This document shows positions 40,374 through 52,778 of a stretch of DNA of 64,000 nucleotides, in pieces. The notes beneath the pieces are model-generated. The model had not been told where the DNA came from. It saw nothing but the letters and a program-made list of their open reading frames with translations, and did not search any database. The stretch covers positions 496,001-560,000 of the forward strand of contig JALDZX010000004.1 in assembly GCA_022813865.1 (NCBI GenBank), given 5' to 3'. Both the position numbers and the translations under genes were made by a program. How positions within the stretch are numbered: the stretch's first letter is position 1; each line of letters opens with the position of its first letter. The stretch comes from Xylographa opegraphella (Eukaryota).

Positions 40374-40631
40374 GTCAGAACGTTAGAAGGCAGAATTAAC
40401 GAGCCTATTCGTATCGCCTTGTTTAATGTTAGATTTTACCCTATCAACATAACATCGGGAAAAAGATATGAAGCATCACGACTTTTCCGGGTTTCATCAC
40501 TAACGAACGCACTGTATATGAAACAAGCGCTGTTTGCGAAGGGAATGGACTGCTCTTCCACCAGTTATTTACTTACAGCTTTTGCCAGTTCGTCAATTCA
40601 GAGCAGAGCTAGGACTGGAATGTCCTCAGAG

Positions 40632-43600
40632 CTACACCAGACGCTCCAGGAAATCTCTAGGATCGGATCGTTCTTCTCGATTCGCTCCAAGATCCTGTAC
40701 TAAGAATTGGCGTGCAATCTCTTCCTGCCAAGCTTATTAGTATAATTGTATTTTATGCGGAGGTCGCTTCTACCGCGTCATCTACATCCTCAGTAACGCC
40801 CTTTTTTCCTCTTGCGCATATGGCTACAAGGTCTTCACCACGCGCACTCAGTAGGATGAGGTCCTCTGCTCTGCCGACAACAACCTGACTGATCCCGTTC
40901 AATGCTGCACAACTGTCCTTTTTAAGCGGATGCAGCTGTTCAGAAGTTGCTCATCGTTACACATACATTGAACCATAACTCGCAACACCTCGACCTTGGC
41001 GCAAGCTTCATGTTTCATCAGCTCGAGAAGTAGTTGATCTTACGTACGACTCACTTGTACAGGTACGTAATCTGATTCTCCACATCGTGGGCTTTGTAGT
41101 CAACTCGCACCTCCATATGGCTGAATGCCAATTCCATACGCGGTTTTAGAAACCCATGCTCGAAGATCTCGTGGAAATGCGTCGCTCCAAGTACCTTTGG
41201 TCTTGCATTGCCTAAACCAAGCAAGTGCTCGAAAACGCCGCAAGAAAGACCTGCGCCATCTTGAGAAGAATCAGCACTGTTGCAGCTTACAGAAATCCAG
41301 CAGTTCTGCAAACCATTGGCATCGGTCCCTTTGCCAAATTCATCAATGATCAGTAGGCTTCGGTGTGTCGCGAGACACAATGCCGAGGATATCTGTTGCA
41401 GGTCAATCATAAAGGCACTCTGGATCTTCGAGACTGTCTCTCTCGTTGCAACCCGTGTGAGAATCTTGTCAGTAATACCTATTACAGCTCTGTCTGCAGG
41501 GACGAAGCATCCGACTTGGGCCATATATACTATCAGTGCAACCTGTTTCAGGTATATGCTCTTCCCTGAGTAATTAGGTCCGGTCATAATGAGTACGTTT
41601 GGTCCATATGTGCCACCCACTCTCGGGACCTCTTGCGACGGATGCAGCGATGATTCAGAAATGCTCTCTAGACCTGGATCTTCTGCGCCTGAACCTCCTA
41701 TCAAGTATGTATCATTGGTCACATAACTCGGAACCGTAAGCTCTTGAAGGGGGTGACTGAGAAGCGTTACAATCATGCCATCCATAGCTTGAATTTTATC
41801 TTACCGTCCACCGTCAATTTTTATAATGTTCTCGTTCGTCATTCGAGGCCGAGAGAGTCTGTACATTTTCGCTCCCTGTGCCAGAGCTATCAAGCTAGAC
41901 TTCTCTTCAGCAGCGAAAACCAGACATATCGTGCAAACTCTTACCAGTCAAGTTCACCACATACTCCAGATACTGTACATAACATAGTCTCGAAGCGTAA
42001 AACCTCTGTGGCCAATTCATGTACGATCTCGATCTCTTTGTCTACCATTCGTGAGCGTACAGATGATATAAAACTCCTATTTGCCTACCGCATATAATGG
42101 CATACATGTCACCGATGGTCTCGTCGAGCTGACGCATGCGATAGTCCTTATAATATACTCTAGCAGCGGTAGAAAAGATGCGTTCCCACTGCTCATCTTC
42201 CCCTTCTTCCCCCTCGTACTCTGCTCTTCCTGAAACTGGATCGAATGGCATGGAGATCAGGAAGCCTATTTGTGGGAAGAAGATAACATTAAGATTCAAG
42301 CTGTACTGCGTAGGAATACTCGCAGCAACGGCTTGTGAGGTCTTGTTCAGGAGATCCTCAATCCCATCATATTGTCGCTTCATCTCGTCAAGCTCATCGT
42401 CAACTCCTACATTGACCACTGTACGATGCATTTCAGCAGACTGTTGGAAGTCTATCTACATAATAATGGGTTACCCTCTTCGTGATTTGAATTGGACACA
42501 TACAATTTGCGTCACCAGCTTCCCCAAATTAGCCAGCTCATGGACCTCAAAGGTCTCCAGGACCTAGTTTCGTATGGGCGTCAATTTTTATGCGTCGGCA
42601 GAAACGGTACGTACCTTGGTCCGTATAGAAAGAGCCTCGGCACCTAACACTTCAAGAAATACATTTCTAATTCCTATGGTCCAGAAGGCAAACTTCTCCA
42701 CATCAGTGTAGTTCTGGGCTTTCACGAGTTTTGAAAGCTCTTACGGAACGCAGGCTGTACCAAACTCCACTCTTAATTCCGCCATCTTTGCTGATCGCGT
42801 TGCTCATACCTTTGTGTAAGTGAATCATGATTGTCTTCATGTTCTTGACATGTTTCAGACTCTTGATAATTTCGTCCATATGCTGCACATTATCAGGACG
42901 AAGGAATACAGTGGCGGTGTTTTGTCTTTCAGTTATTATCTCAATATCCAAGCTCGGCCTCAAGAAGTATTGGCGGAGCAGAAGCTTGCCCTGTGGTGTT
43001 CTTGCCAAGTGTTGGAAAAGACCATAAATTGAGAGACCTTCTTTTGACCCGGCTGACGCATTTGTAGGTCCTTGATTATGTGTATTTGGATGTGATTCAG
43101 ATTGGAGTATTTGAAGAGAAGTCAGTGTATCCGCATTGACATACCTGTAATCGTTTTAATAACGAAACTACCACGCAAACAAGGATTCTTCTTACATGAT
43201 GTTTTCAAGAGTAAACATCTCAATGTCGTGGATTCCGAAAGCTCTTGTGGCGTCGTCATCACCCGGGAGGTATTGCACGGCTCTTCGTCGCTGCAGATAA
43301 GACAGGATAGCCCCTGCGCAACCCACCGACAGCTGACTTTCGAGATCAAGTCGACCTGATAGCCGGAGTAGCTTGCCTTGACGATTCGTGTAGCCTGCCG
43401 CGTAGGCTTCTCCATGACCCATAAATGCTCCATCATCTCCAGGGACCAACAATGAAGCATTACTATGGTCTTCCCGGGCAGACTGAAACTCAACAAGTTT
43501 CCGCTTGCCCGCTTCGTACTGAAACTCGGTTGAGGGCCGGAGATCCACGATGTATGGCAGACTAAATTGATGTTCTGTACAGCAGTGTGAGTAGGCTAGT

Positions 43601-44236
43601 TTCAAAGATTATTTGTCTTCCTACCTTCAAGATGATTTGAAGTACCGATCGTATGCTCTGGATCGAGTAGGTCATGTACCCGCTCATCAATCCGAACCGA
43701 TATCAACACAATCGTGGGCTTGGCATAAAGCTTCACTGTAATGTCTTCAGCTATGAGTGGCGTTAAATTTGCCACCACTTACATGACTCGACTATTTCGA
43801 GGCCACAAATCTTCATGTCACTCATAAGGTAGAGCTTCTCCTCCCTCGCGACATAGTAACTACAGCCAACCGTATCCCTGCTTCTGAGCTCCAAAGCCAT
43901 GACTATCTCATTGAGGGCGTCGTCTTCTTCGCGTGCGTTGATAGCACCATCGCCTTCAGCTTCGGGTCCAGTGTCATCCGGGACAATTGCATCAGAGCGG
44001 CTTGATGGGGTAGTACTCGAACGGCTACGCAAAGAAGGCGTCGTGGGCTTGCTAATGGCTTGATCTACGACAGCAGTGTTCCGCAATCGCGAATTTGAAT
44101 GGATGTGCCTCGAAGATCGCGAATGTGACGATAGAGACCGAGAGAGAGAAGGTTGTCTAGAGCTTTGTGGTCGACTTCTTTGTGTATGTATTCCCAAGGA
44201 TGATATGTGACGCTTCTGAGGTATCTTGAATGGCAT
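40632..44236 (-). CDS. MSH5: Meiotic MutS homologue Msh5, about 14 exons
   Basis: RHPLQE, Walker [39 protein letters not shown]; manual splicing of about 13 short GT-AG introns gives a continuous frame. Confidence 0.92.
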
Positions 44237-44646
44237 GATTGAAATGGCCGTGAATAAATGGTCAACAAGAATACCTAGGTCTCAGTGCACAACGGATATG
44301 TAAGAGATGTCAGAGGTGGAAAGGTTAAGCGAGGCTTGGCAGGACGGAGTTGGATTTTACAGGTACCTTACAAAGCTGCCAATCCCGCAGTTACCTTGCG
44401 TTTGCAGACAGACCAAAACATAACGTGAAGATGGATAGGCATCAGGCAAATCAGCTGAAATTTTCCGTCGATAGTCAGAAAATTGAAATTCAATAGCAGC
44501 AACAATCAATTTTTGAAGATTCTATTCGTATTCCTCATTCAAAGATCTATGGCTTCCGCTATAGGAAAGGTCGGCATACAAATCAGGACTCCTCTCGGGC
44601 ATACCGTCATGACTGGGTGACAAGTGAGCAGCATATAGTTCGTCGG

Positions 44647-45755
44647 TTACAACTTTTGCATCGCAGCCTACAAAAGTCAAGTATTAGGCAGTCGTCTATA
44701 AGCCATTGAATTTGGAATGGGATTGGAGTACTTACAACATCAGTGGATTGTACGTGGTCCTCGTCTTCCTCAATCTTCGCCTGGAGGTCGTCTATGGAAA
44801 CCTTTTCATCTTCAACAACTAGAGTGACTTGGAGCTTCTTGATACCAAAGCCAACCGGTACAAGCGTCGAACCACCCCAAGTTAGACCGTCCATCTCAAT
44901 CGTGCGCATATTTGCCTCGAGCTCTTTCATGTCCGTCTCATCGTCTGGGGAAGATTTTTGTCAGCGTAAACGGAAGGATGAATAACAGGAAGACAGCAGT
45001 ATGTAATGCTGCCAAACAGATCTTGACATACCCCAAGGCTTGACATCTAATGTTACAATACTCTTAGCAGCTGGCTTCGACTTTCCTGCCTTCTTCTCTT
45101 TATATGCGGCCAGATTTGCCTCTCGCTGTTTTACGACTTCTGGGTCCTCCTCCTCATCATCGCTCCCAAACAAGTCTTCGTCCTCTTCCTCTTCTTCTGC
45201 TTCTTTTGGCGCATCTTTGGGATTCATGGTAACAGACGTAGCCTCTGGTCCATATGTCGTGTATGCCTTGGACGGGTCTCCTGGTAGAGAGGAGAACTCG
45301 GATTGATGAGAAGACATGTGCTTATACCAACGGTAGGCATGAGGGTATTTCGCAGCAGATGGCGCTTCTTTGAGTTGCTTAAATGAGGCGACGTCCGCTT
45401 GCGAAGGACCATAGCTGAAGAGAGGTCAGTCAACAATGCTTGATTCAATACAGTTCAATCTTGGAGATCTGCTCGTGGCAAGGGTCAGAGGTGCGCAGCG
45501 CGCTGTTGGTAGTAGTCATTCGGCGGGGTCTTAAGCCGCCTCATCAACACGGACCAAATTCTTCTCATCATGTAAAAATAAAAGGAAAGATGAAAGACAT
45601 TTTCTTCAGGAACCCACCCGGTAATATAACTTCTGGTCGTCAGCCAGCTGTTAAGCACTTCACCGCAATACGATTAGCTGGTGATCACTTGGGAAAGGCT
45701 TGATCGGATACTCACTGGTCAAGCCAGCGTCGGAGAGGAGATCGGTGAAGCCCAT
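44647..45755 (-). CDS. EFB1: Translation elongation factor 1-beta (eEF1B alpha), 5 exons
   Basis: [58 protein letters not shown]. Confidence 0.97.
45481..45575 (-). ncRNA. snR18: Box C/D snoRNA snR18/U18 in EF-1beta intron 2 (45415-45617)
   Basis: Box C ATGATGA (45565-45571); guide TTGGTCCGTGTT complementary to LSU rRNA AACACGGACCAA; D'-like ATGA; GGCGG/CCGCC hairpin; C'-like ATGACTA; box D CTGA (45485-45488). Yeast snR18 also sits in the EFB1 intron. Confidence 0.9.
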
Positions 45756-46519
45756 GTTAATTTAGAGGTGAGCTGTAGAATTGGAATGTTGTTCCAGAAC
45801 GTGGAATATAGAACGTAAAAGTTGGACTGGTGAATACAAAGTCCTACCACAACATTATCGAAAAGATGTAGCATAAAATTGTGCGGCGAAGCTAGTGTGT
45901 TCAGCCTTACAATCCGTTATCCTTTGAGGTAGGACCTAGCCATAGCCATAGCCCTGACCATGACTCCCGTTGAACCGCACGAAGCCACAACAGAAATTTC
46001 AAAATGACTTCGCTTGTAGCACATTTTAACACGTGGTCCTAATCAAACCTGGAGAAGCGACCGTCAATAGACCAAAGTACTTCTATAATGTTGGAAATCA
46101 TTACCTGAGACCTGTTCGCTCTCGGTGCGAAGGTTGCCAATGCTTGTGTCAAAAGCGTTACCAGTTTTCTCCTTTATAAACCAGTCTGTGGACTGTGGTG
46201 TTTTCTGTTTTTATCATATGTTAAACGATCCGTTCATAATCCGTCACTCCCACGTTCTTAGTGACACGCTGGATTATCAACGAATATGAGATATTTGGTC
46301 GGGATTAATGTAAAGCATATAAGCATCTCAAACCCGTATTGTTCTTTCCTGCAGCGTCCAAACAACATTCAGTCTCATGATTCTGTACACTTCTACTTTT
46401 CTTCAAGCGTATTGCTTCTTAGAAATATCTCCCGCTCGAATTGAACCGCCCTCGTACGGCCTATCTACTGCAATTACCGATCCTATCTTGTCCTTGTTAC
46501 ACACTCAAACATTCGCGTC

Positions 46520-47520
46520 GAGTATGTCGTTTGCGTGCGCCACCGCTTTGCCTTATTCTGCTCTCGAGGACATATCGGAGGATGCTTATGAGTTTTGCTA
46601 GTGCATGACTGTATCTAGACTTCAGGGACACGCTAAGCCTGGAATATCTGGTCAAGAGTACCTTAAATCTCCGTGCGGATGTCAAAAATCAGCAGGTCAA
46701 ATTTGTCAATGGCTTCGTCTTCGAATATTCCGAGGTTACCTTTTGAAATCAATGTGACTCCGAGCATCCCATCGAAATCCGCGAGCTTTCGCGAGCGATA
46801 GTTGACTCGTTTGAATGTCTCTACGGAAACTTGTCATCATTACTTGTGGTGCTACACTCCTAGGCCCCTTTGACTTCGCAGTACTTGTGATGCAGCTTCT
46901 CGAAAACACACTTCCTGTAAGGTATTAGAAAGTCAAAGTTAGCTGACTATAAGCCCGAGAACAATCGGCTCTCGCTCTCCCATCAGCTGGTTGCCGCTCC
47001 TGACACTAATATTCGTTGGTTGCGCAAAACCACAAAAGAAATTTGTGACAATACTCTCCCAGACTACCAAATTGTGCCTGTTAACCCCAAACTCTACGAC
47101 GAAATGATTTTCCCCCCAGATAAGAAGCGTATGAAGCAAGGGAGAATATCTCACACACTTTGCAAGTGGTATTGGCCCGGTCTCGGGAAAGACTCTTGTC
47201 ATTGGGAAAGTTGCAGAAGTGGACGATGATGAAGAAGACTACGGAAATAATCAAGATCAAGGATGCATATCTATAGATTTGGGAGGACCCCGAGCGCAGC
47301 CCCGGCGTCAATGAAAACACTGATGTTCGTTTCTCTAAGAGAAATAATTAGCAAGCGGGATTGCAAAATCACTTGTAGCAGCACTTATCCTCCACATCTG
47401 GGCTGTGATCGATATTCAAGAAACCGCTTGAGTCCTCCGCTGCGCTATCTAATCAACTTACACACTGGAAGACTTTGGAGCCTATTTCCATCTACTTCGT
47501 TGATTAGCAACAAGAAGTCA
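46520..47520 (+). pseudogene. Possible decayed gene relic, product unknown
   Basis: Protein-like stretches broken by single stops (LYLDFRDTLSLEYLVK..EVTF*NQCDSEHPIEIRELSRAIVDSF..; KIKDAYL*IWEDPERSP); no family recognised. Confidence 0.25.
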
Positions 47521-48145
47521 GACTCCTAGCATGCTTCTGGTTTCGCAAGCAACGGGTAGTATATTTCAAAGTGGCGTCTTGATCACTGACGCGGGCAGAG
47601 TGGATTGTGAGACAGGACTTGTAACTAGTATGATTGTGGCTAGAGCTACATAAGACCTAAGTATACGCCTTTCAGGCAACTTAGACAAATCTCAATTGTC
47701 GTGCAAGAAGACGGTTCTCTAGTCTTACATGAGCTTGCTTGGTGGGTAATCTTCCAGCATCAGTGTACGAGGAATTTATTTTATCACCCGAATTTTCTAG
47801 CTTTATGAGATTTTCAAGGTCCAATAAGAGCCTCGAGACAACTAGTAAGATGAATGAATATTGAGGAGTTCTGAAAACATCTCCCTCATCCAACCACACT
47901 AAGATATCTTACCCTAGAAGTTGTCGCTTAGACACGGCCCGAGGACTTCGTAGCGATAAGAAGCTTAAATATTCAGCCTTACAGATGTCGTAGCCGGAAG
48001 AGCTTGGAAAGCTCCAGTCACTTCCAACCATTTACTGATTAAGACTTTCGGTGTCGAGGTCAAATATGGAGGTTCGATTCTGCCTCGATCATCGATAACA
48101 CTTAGCTTCTTCTTCATACAGAAAGACTTAACGCTAGCCTCCAGT

Positions 48146-50488
48146 ATGAAGTCTGCTTCCAGACGTGTCCTTCTCAGTGTTTGCAATACTGCCCTACGCT
48201 CCCAACGCCTATCAAAGCCTGCAGTATTATCAAGAATACATGGCTCACCGATTTTGCCGCATACGGCCTACCGTAGCTATGCGAATGGGCAGCCACATCC
48301 ACCGGGCGGTACACATCGCATGAACTTGGGTGGCGAGCCGGAGAAGGCGGCTCTGGAGCAATACGGAGTAGACTTGACGGCAAGAGCCAAAGATGGAAAG
48401 CTAGATCCTGTCATCGGAAGAGATGCAGAGATACATCGGACGATACAGATTCTTTCTCGGCGCACGAAGAACAACCCAGTGCTCATAGGTGCTGCTGGAA
48501 CGGGAAAGACTGCGATTCTGGAAGGTCTTGCACAAAGAATTGTGCGTGGGGATGTACCGGAGAGCATCAAAAACAAACGAGTTATTTCATTGGATCTTGG
48601 ACAGCTGATCGCTGGAGCTAAATTCAGGGGAGACTTTGAAGAACGCCTGAAGGCGGTACTGAAAGAAGTTGAAGATGCTCATGGCGGAGTCATTTTGTTT
48701 GTGGATGAATTGCACACATTACTGGGACTTGGAAAGGCTGAAGGCAGTATTGACGCAAGCAATCTACTCAAACCTGCACTCTCAAGGGGTGAACTACAAT
48801 GCTGTGGTGCAACCACTCTGAATGAGTACCGCCTCATTGAAAAAGATGTTGCTCTTGCGCGAAGGTTTCAACCTATTCAAGTCGGAGAGCCATCCGTTCC
48901 AGACACTATATCGATACTTCGAGGTATCAAGGAAAAGTATGAGGTGCACCACGGAGTACGAATTACCGATGGAGCACTCGTGGCCGCTGCTACTTACAGC
49001 AATCGATATATCACCGATCGCTTTCTACCAGACAAAGCCATCGACTTAGTTGACGAAGCGGCTTCTGCTTTACGACTACAGCAAGAAAGCAAGCCTGATG
49101 CAATACAAGAACTTGATCGACAAATCATGACGCTCCAGATAGAGCTTGAGTCGTTGAGAAAGGAAACAGACGTGGCAAGTAAGGAGAGAAGGGAAAAGCT
49201 GGAGAGCACGCTCAAGTTGAAACAAGAGGACGCTGCTAGACTCACAGAAATATGGGACAAGGAGAGGGCCGAGATAGAAGCTGTCAAAAAGACAAAAGAA
49301 GAACTCGAGAAGGCCCGCATCGAGCTTGATCAAGCCCAACGCGAAGGAAACTTCGGGCGAGCCGGTGAATTGCGGTATGCCGTGATTCCTAAGCTGCAGG
49401 CCAAATTACCTCAAGAAGGAGCCGAAGTCTCCACAACTGGCGCAGATGGTCAGTCCCTTATCCACGATTCAGTCACCGCGGACGACATCGCCAACGTCGT
49501 CTCGAGAAGCACCGGCATCCCCGTTACGAAGCTCATGTCTGGTGAGGTCGAGAAGCTCATCCACATGGAGGACACGCTGCGCCAGTCCATCAAAGGCCAA
49601 GACGAGGCCCTTACCGCTGTGGCCAACGCCGTCCGCATGCAGCGGGCGGGCCTCAGTGGGGAGAACCGTCCCCTCGCCTCCTTCATGTTCCTCGGCCCCA
49701 CTGGCGTCGGCAAGACTGAACTTTGCAAGAGGATGGCCGCTTTTCTGTTCTCTACCGAGGCCGCTGTTGTCCGCTTCGACATGTCCGAGTTCCAGGAGAA
49801 GCACACCATATCGCGACTTATCGGGAGCCCTCCTGGATACGTGGGTCATGAAGATGCAGGACAGCTCACTGAGGCGGTACGCCGGAAACCCTACGCCGTC
49901 CTCTTGTTCGACGAGTTCGAGAAAGCCCACCGCGACATCTCCGCTCTGCTCCTTCAAGTTCTCGACGAGGGCTTCCTGACCGACGCCCAAGGCCACCGAG
50001 TCGACTTCCGCAACACCCTCATTGTACTGACCAGTAACCTCGGGTCCGCAGACATCCTCGCCGGTGCGGAGGCCAACACGGCTCAGACCGAAGCCGCCAT
50101 ATCTCCCGCCACCAAGCAGCGAGTCATGGACGTCGTCACGTCATCTTACCCACCCGAATTCCTCAACCGCCTCGACGAATTCATTATGTTCCAGCGGCTC
50201 TCCCGTGCTGCGCTCCGCGACATTGTGGATATCCGCCTGCAGGAGCTGCAGAAGCGGCTGGACGACCGGCGCATCACTCTGCATGTGGAGGATGACGTCA
50301 AGGACTGGTTATGTGAGCGTGGCTACGATCCGCGGTACGGCGCGCGGCCATTGAATCGGCTGATCGCCAAAGAGGTGGGGAATGGGCTGGCGGACAAAAT
50401 CATTCGTGGGGACATCAAAGGGGGCGAGACGGCAAGGGTGGTGGTCAAGGAGGGGAGGGATGGGCTGGAGGTTAGTGCTGGTACTTGA
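48146..50488 (+). CDS. HSP78: Mitochondrial ClpB-family disaggregase Hsp78
   Basis: Presequence-like N-terminus without a Clp N-domain; [47 protein letters not shown]. Confidence 0.96.
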   Translation: MKSASRRVLLSVCNTALRSQRLSKPAVLSRIHGSPILPHTAYRSYANGQPHPPGGTHRMNLGGEPEKAALEQYGVDLTARAKDGKLDPVIGRDAEIHRTIQILSRRTKNNPVLIGAAGTGKTAILEGLAQRIVRGDVPESIKNKRVISLDLGQLIAGAKFRGDFEERLKAVLKEVEDAHGGVILFVDELHTLLGLGKAEGSIDASNLLKPALSRGELQCCGATTLNEYRLIEKDVALARRFQPIQVGEPSVPDTISILRGIKEKYEVHHGVRITDGALVAAATYSNRYITDRFLPDKAIDLVDEAASALRLQQESKPDAIQELDRQIMTLQIELESLRKETDVASKERREKLESTLKLKQEDAARLTEIWDKERAEIEAVKKTKEELEKARIELDQAQREGNFGRAGELRYAVIPKLQAKLPQEGAEVSTTGADGQSLIHDSVTADDIANVVSRSTGIPVTKLMSGEVEKLIHMEDTLRQSIKGQDEALTAVANAVRMQRAGLSGENRPLASFMFLGPTGVGKTELCKRMAAFLFSTEAAVVRFDMSEFQEKHTISRLIGSPPGYVGHEDAGQLTEAVRRKPYAVLLFDEFEKAHRDISALLLQVLDEGFLTDAQGHRVDFRNTLIVLTSNLGSADILAGAEANTAQTEAAISPATKQRVMDVVTSSYPPEFLNRLDEFIMFQRLSRAALRDIVDIRLQELQKRLDDRRITLHVEDDVKDWLCERGYDPRYGARPLNRLIAKEVGNGLADKIIRGDIKGGETARVVVKEGRDGLEVSAGT

Positions 50489-51535
50489 TCAATGTTGAAA
50501 AGCCGGCGTGTATAATGGCGATGATAACGACGACATGGACGGCGATGGGTTGCATGGGCAGGTGCCTTCCACCAGGATTTGTATCAATTATGGGTCTGCA
50601 TATCGGGGAATGGGGGAGTCTTGTGATAGTTGCTACTCATCTTGTATATATGTACTATAGGCAGATACCTCACTCCCAAAAGATTTGTGGATATGTTAAC
50701 TCGGCCTAGAACTGGAAATGTGTTTGTAGACGATCTCACCTCCCGCCATTCGATTCCTCTGACTCACTGATCCGAACATCCTTTCTGAGCGCCTCAGTCT
50801 TCGATTCTCCCTCCGGATCATTCATTCGTCAGTGCAAGCATTTCCAACCGACTTCGTCCGGGTTCAAGCAGCTACTACCGAAAGGTACCAATTTCCCAGT
50901 CTTGTTGGGGCCGCCGCTGTTCCTGGGCAGCAAGGAGAGATCTATGCACCGCTCCCGGATCCTGAAGCATCCTTCAGTCGGTCCAGTAAGCTGCATGATT
51001 GGGATAGCCCGAAGAGCACAACTGCAGCTTTGTCTCTAATTGCAAAGATCGCACAACACGCAGGTCGGTGCTGGGAGCAATGGCTCTCATCACCCATTAA
51101 TGTCTTCTGTCGTTCTACCGAATTGTCGCAAATGTGCATGATTAGGGATGATGTCGGGCCTTCATATCGGGCCCAAGGCATTTCGCCCCACCTTCGGTAT
51201 TAAAGCTACATCGGTTCCGTGGACATGATAGAAGCTAAGAGAGCGATCATTCTTTGCTTCATTTCGGTGCAGCATAGTTCAGAGTATCGGTTGATGACTG
51301 GCTGTGTTAATCATATGTCTCTTCTCGGTACTGTGCAAAAGGGTAGTTAAAGGCGCGTTTTGGTTTTATCGGGACTAAGCGAGGGGTTTTAGCCCTGCAG
51401 GGCACTCTGGTTTTCTTGAGATTGAAATTTGTTCAAAAAACGCTGCGACCAAAACAGCACATCAACTAGTCTTTCAGCAAGCAATGACATCTAAAATGAA
51501 ACTTCTGATAACTATTCATTAAAAGACCAAAACTA

Positions 51536-51620
51536 TGGACATTCAGGGAATTGAACCCTGGACCTTTCCCAGTTGCGAAGTTAATGCGAAGGGAAAATCA
51601 TACCCCTAGACCAAATGCCC
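51536..51620 (-). tRNA. tRNA-Ala(CGC) with a 13-nt intron (51572-51584)
   Basis: Acceptor stem GGGCATT/AATGTCC with G3:U70; anticodon stem TTCCC/GGGAA; anticodon CGC at 51586-51588; T-arm CAGGG-TTCAATT-CCCTG; downstream T4 runs. Confidence 0.96.
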
Positions 51621-52778
51621 GTATTTATGAAGGTCAGTTTGTTATTACACATTATTTTCTAATGAGACAAAATATGTTATTTCGTCCATGAAATTTGCAT
51701 CTACACTGGCGAAATATGCGCTACTTGAGGGGAACTAGAGTCATGTCACAAGCTGGGTCCAACGTCTTGAGTCCAGAGGTGAATACGAGGCGACGCTGTG
51801 TAGAAAATGACATGAGAAGAGCCAGGTCTGCTCTAACCTCTTGCTCACCCAATTCCGTTGATGCATGTCTCTTCAAGCATGGTGACGTGGGAAGGCTTGC
51901 TTCCTGAAGTTCGTTGGTACCATTATCGCGCTGACCAGCACAAATAGGTAATAGCTTCCCAATGCGAGTATAGAGTCTCGCGGAACTGATTTGGGCGGTA
52001 TAATATGTCGTTATGGATAACCAACCGAAACACCCCTATACCAGTCCTTCTGCTGGCTTATTACGCCTATCTGTAAGCCCGCGCCTCGTATTCATCGTCT
52101 AAATTCTGACTACCGTCTGCAATTTTCGTCCCTTTTCCTTGCCAGGTAGTATTAGGAAGTTCCAGCAGTGAATCTTGAATCCTACCTAACGACAGCTGAC
52201 ATGATTCACAATAATTAGAATATTTTGATTGTGGAATAGGTCGTGAGAACATTGCTCGGCGAATCGAAATCGCACCGAACGTCTCTCAGCGACTTGCCGG
52301 AGTCAGTAGCATGTACACGAAATAGCAATTCAGAAATCAGGAGATAGAGACACTAGCCGAAACTGAGCAGCAGTAAGCTTAGAACGAAGAGAACATGGAT
52401 TTATCGAAAGCAGAGCCAAGTGCGACTGCGTACGAGTTAGGAGCAAGGACAAGACATCGTTGACTAGAACATTGTCTCGTTCTACAACTAGCGCTTCCCT
52501 GGAGTTTATGCACTGTAAGAACGCACCGAAGTACGTGCATAAATTGCCTGTCTGTACCCAACCAACACTTCATTATGTCTTCGTACCCACATCGTGGAGC
52601 GTGATAAGTTGGTTGTTTACGATCAATACCTTGGCAAGTCCCCATGACGCGCTTGGCACGTAGCGCTAGTGACGTCGCTGTAATCTATCACTGTTGACTT
52701 TCATTTTTCTAATGACACGAGAGCCTTGAAGTCACACGGCCACAGTATGTAATACAAAGTCGTCAAGTTAGCATCAGT

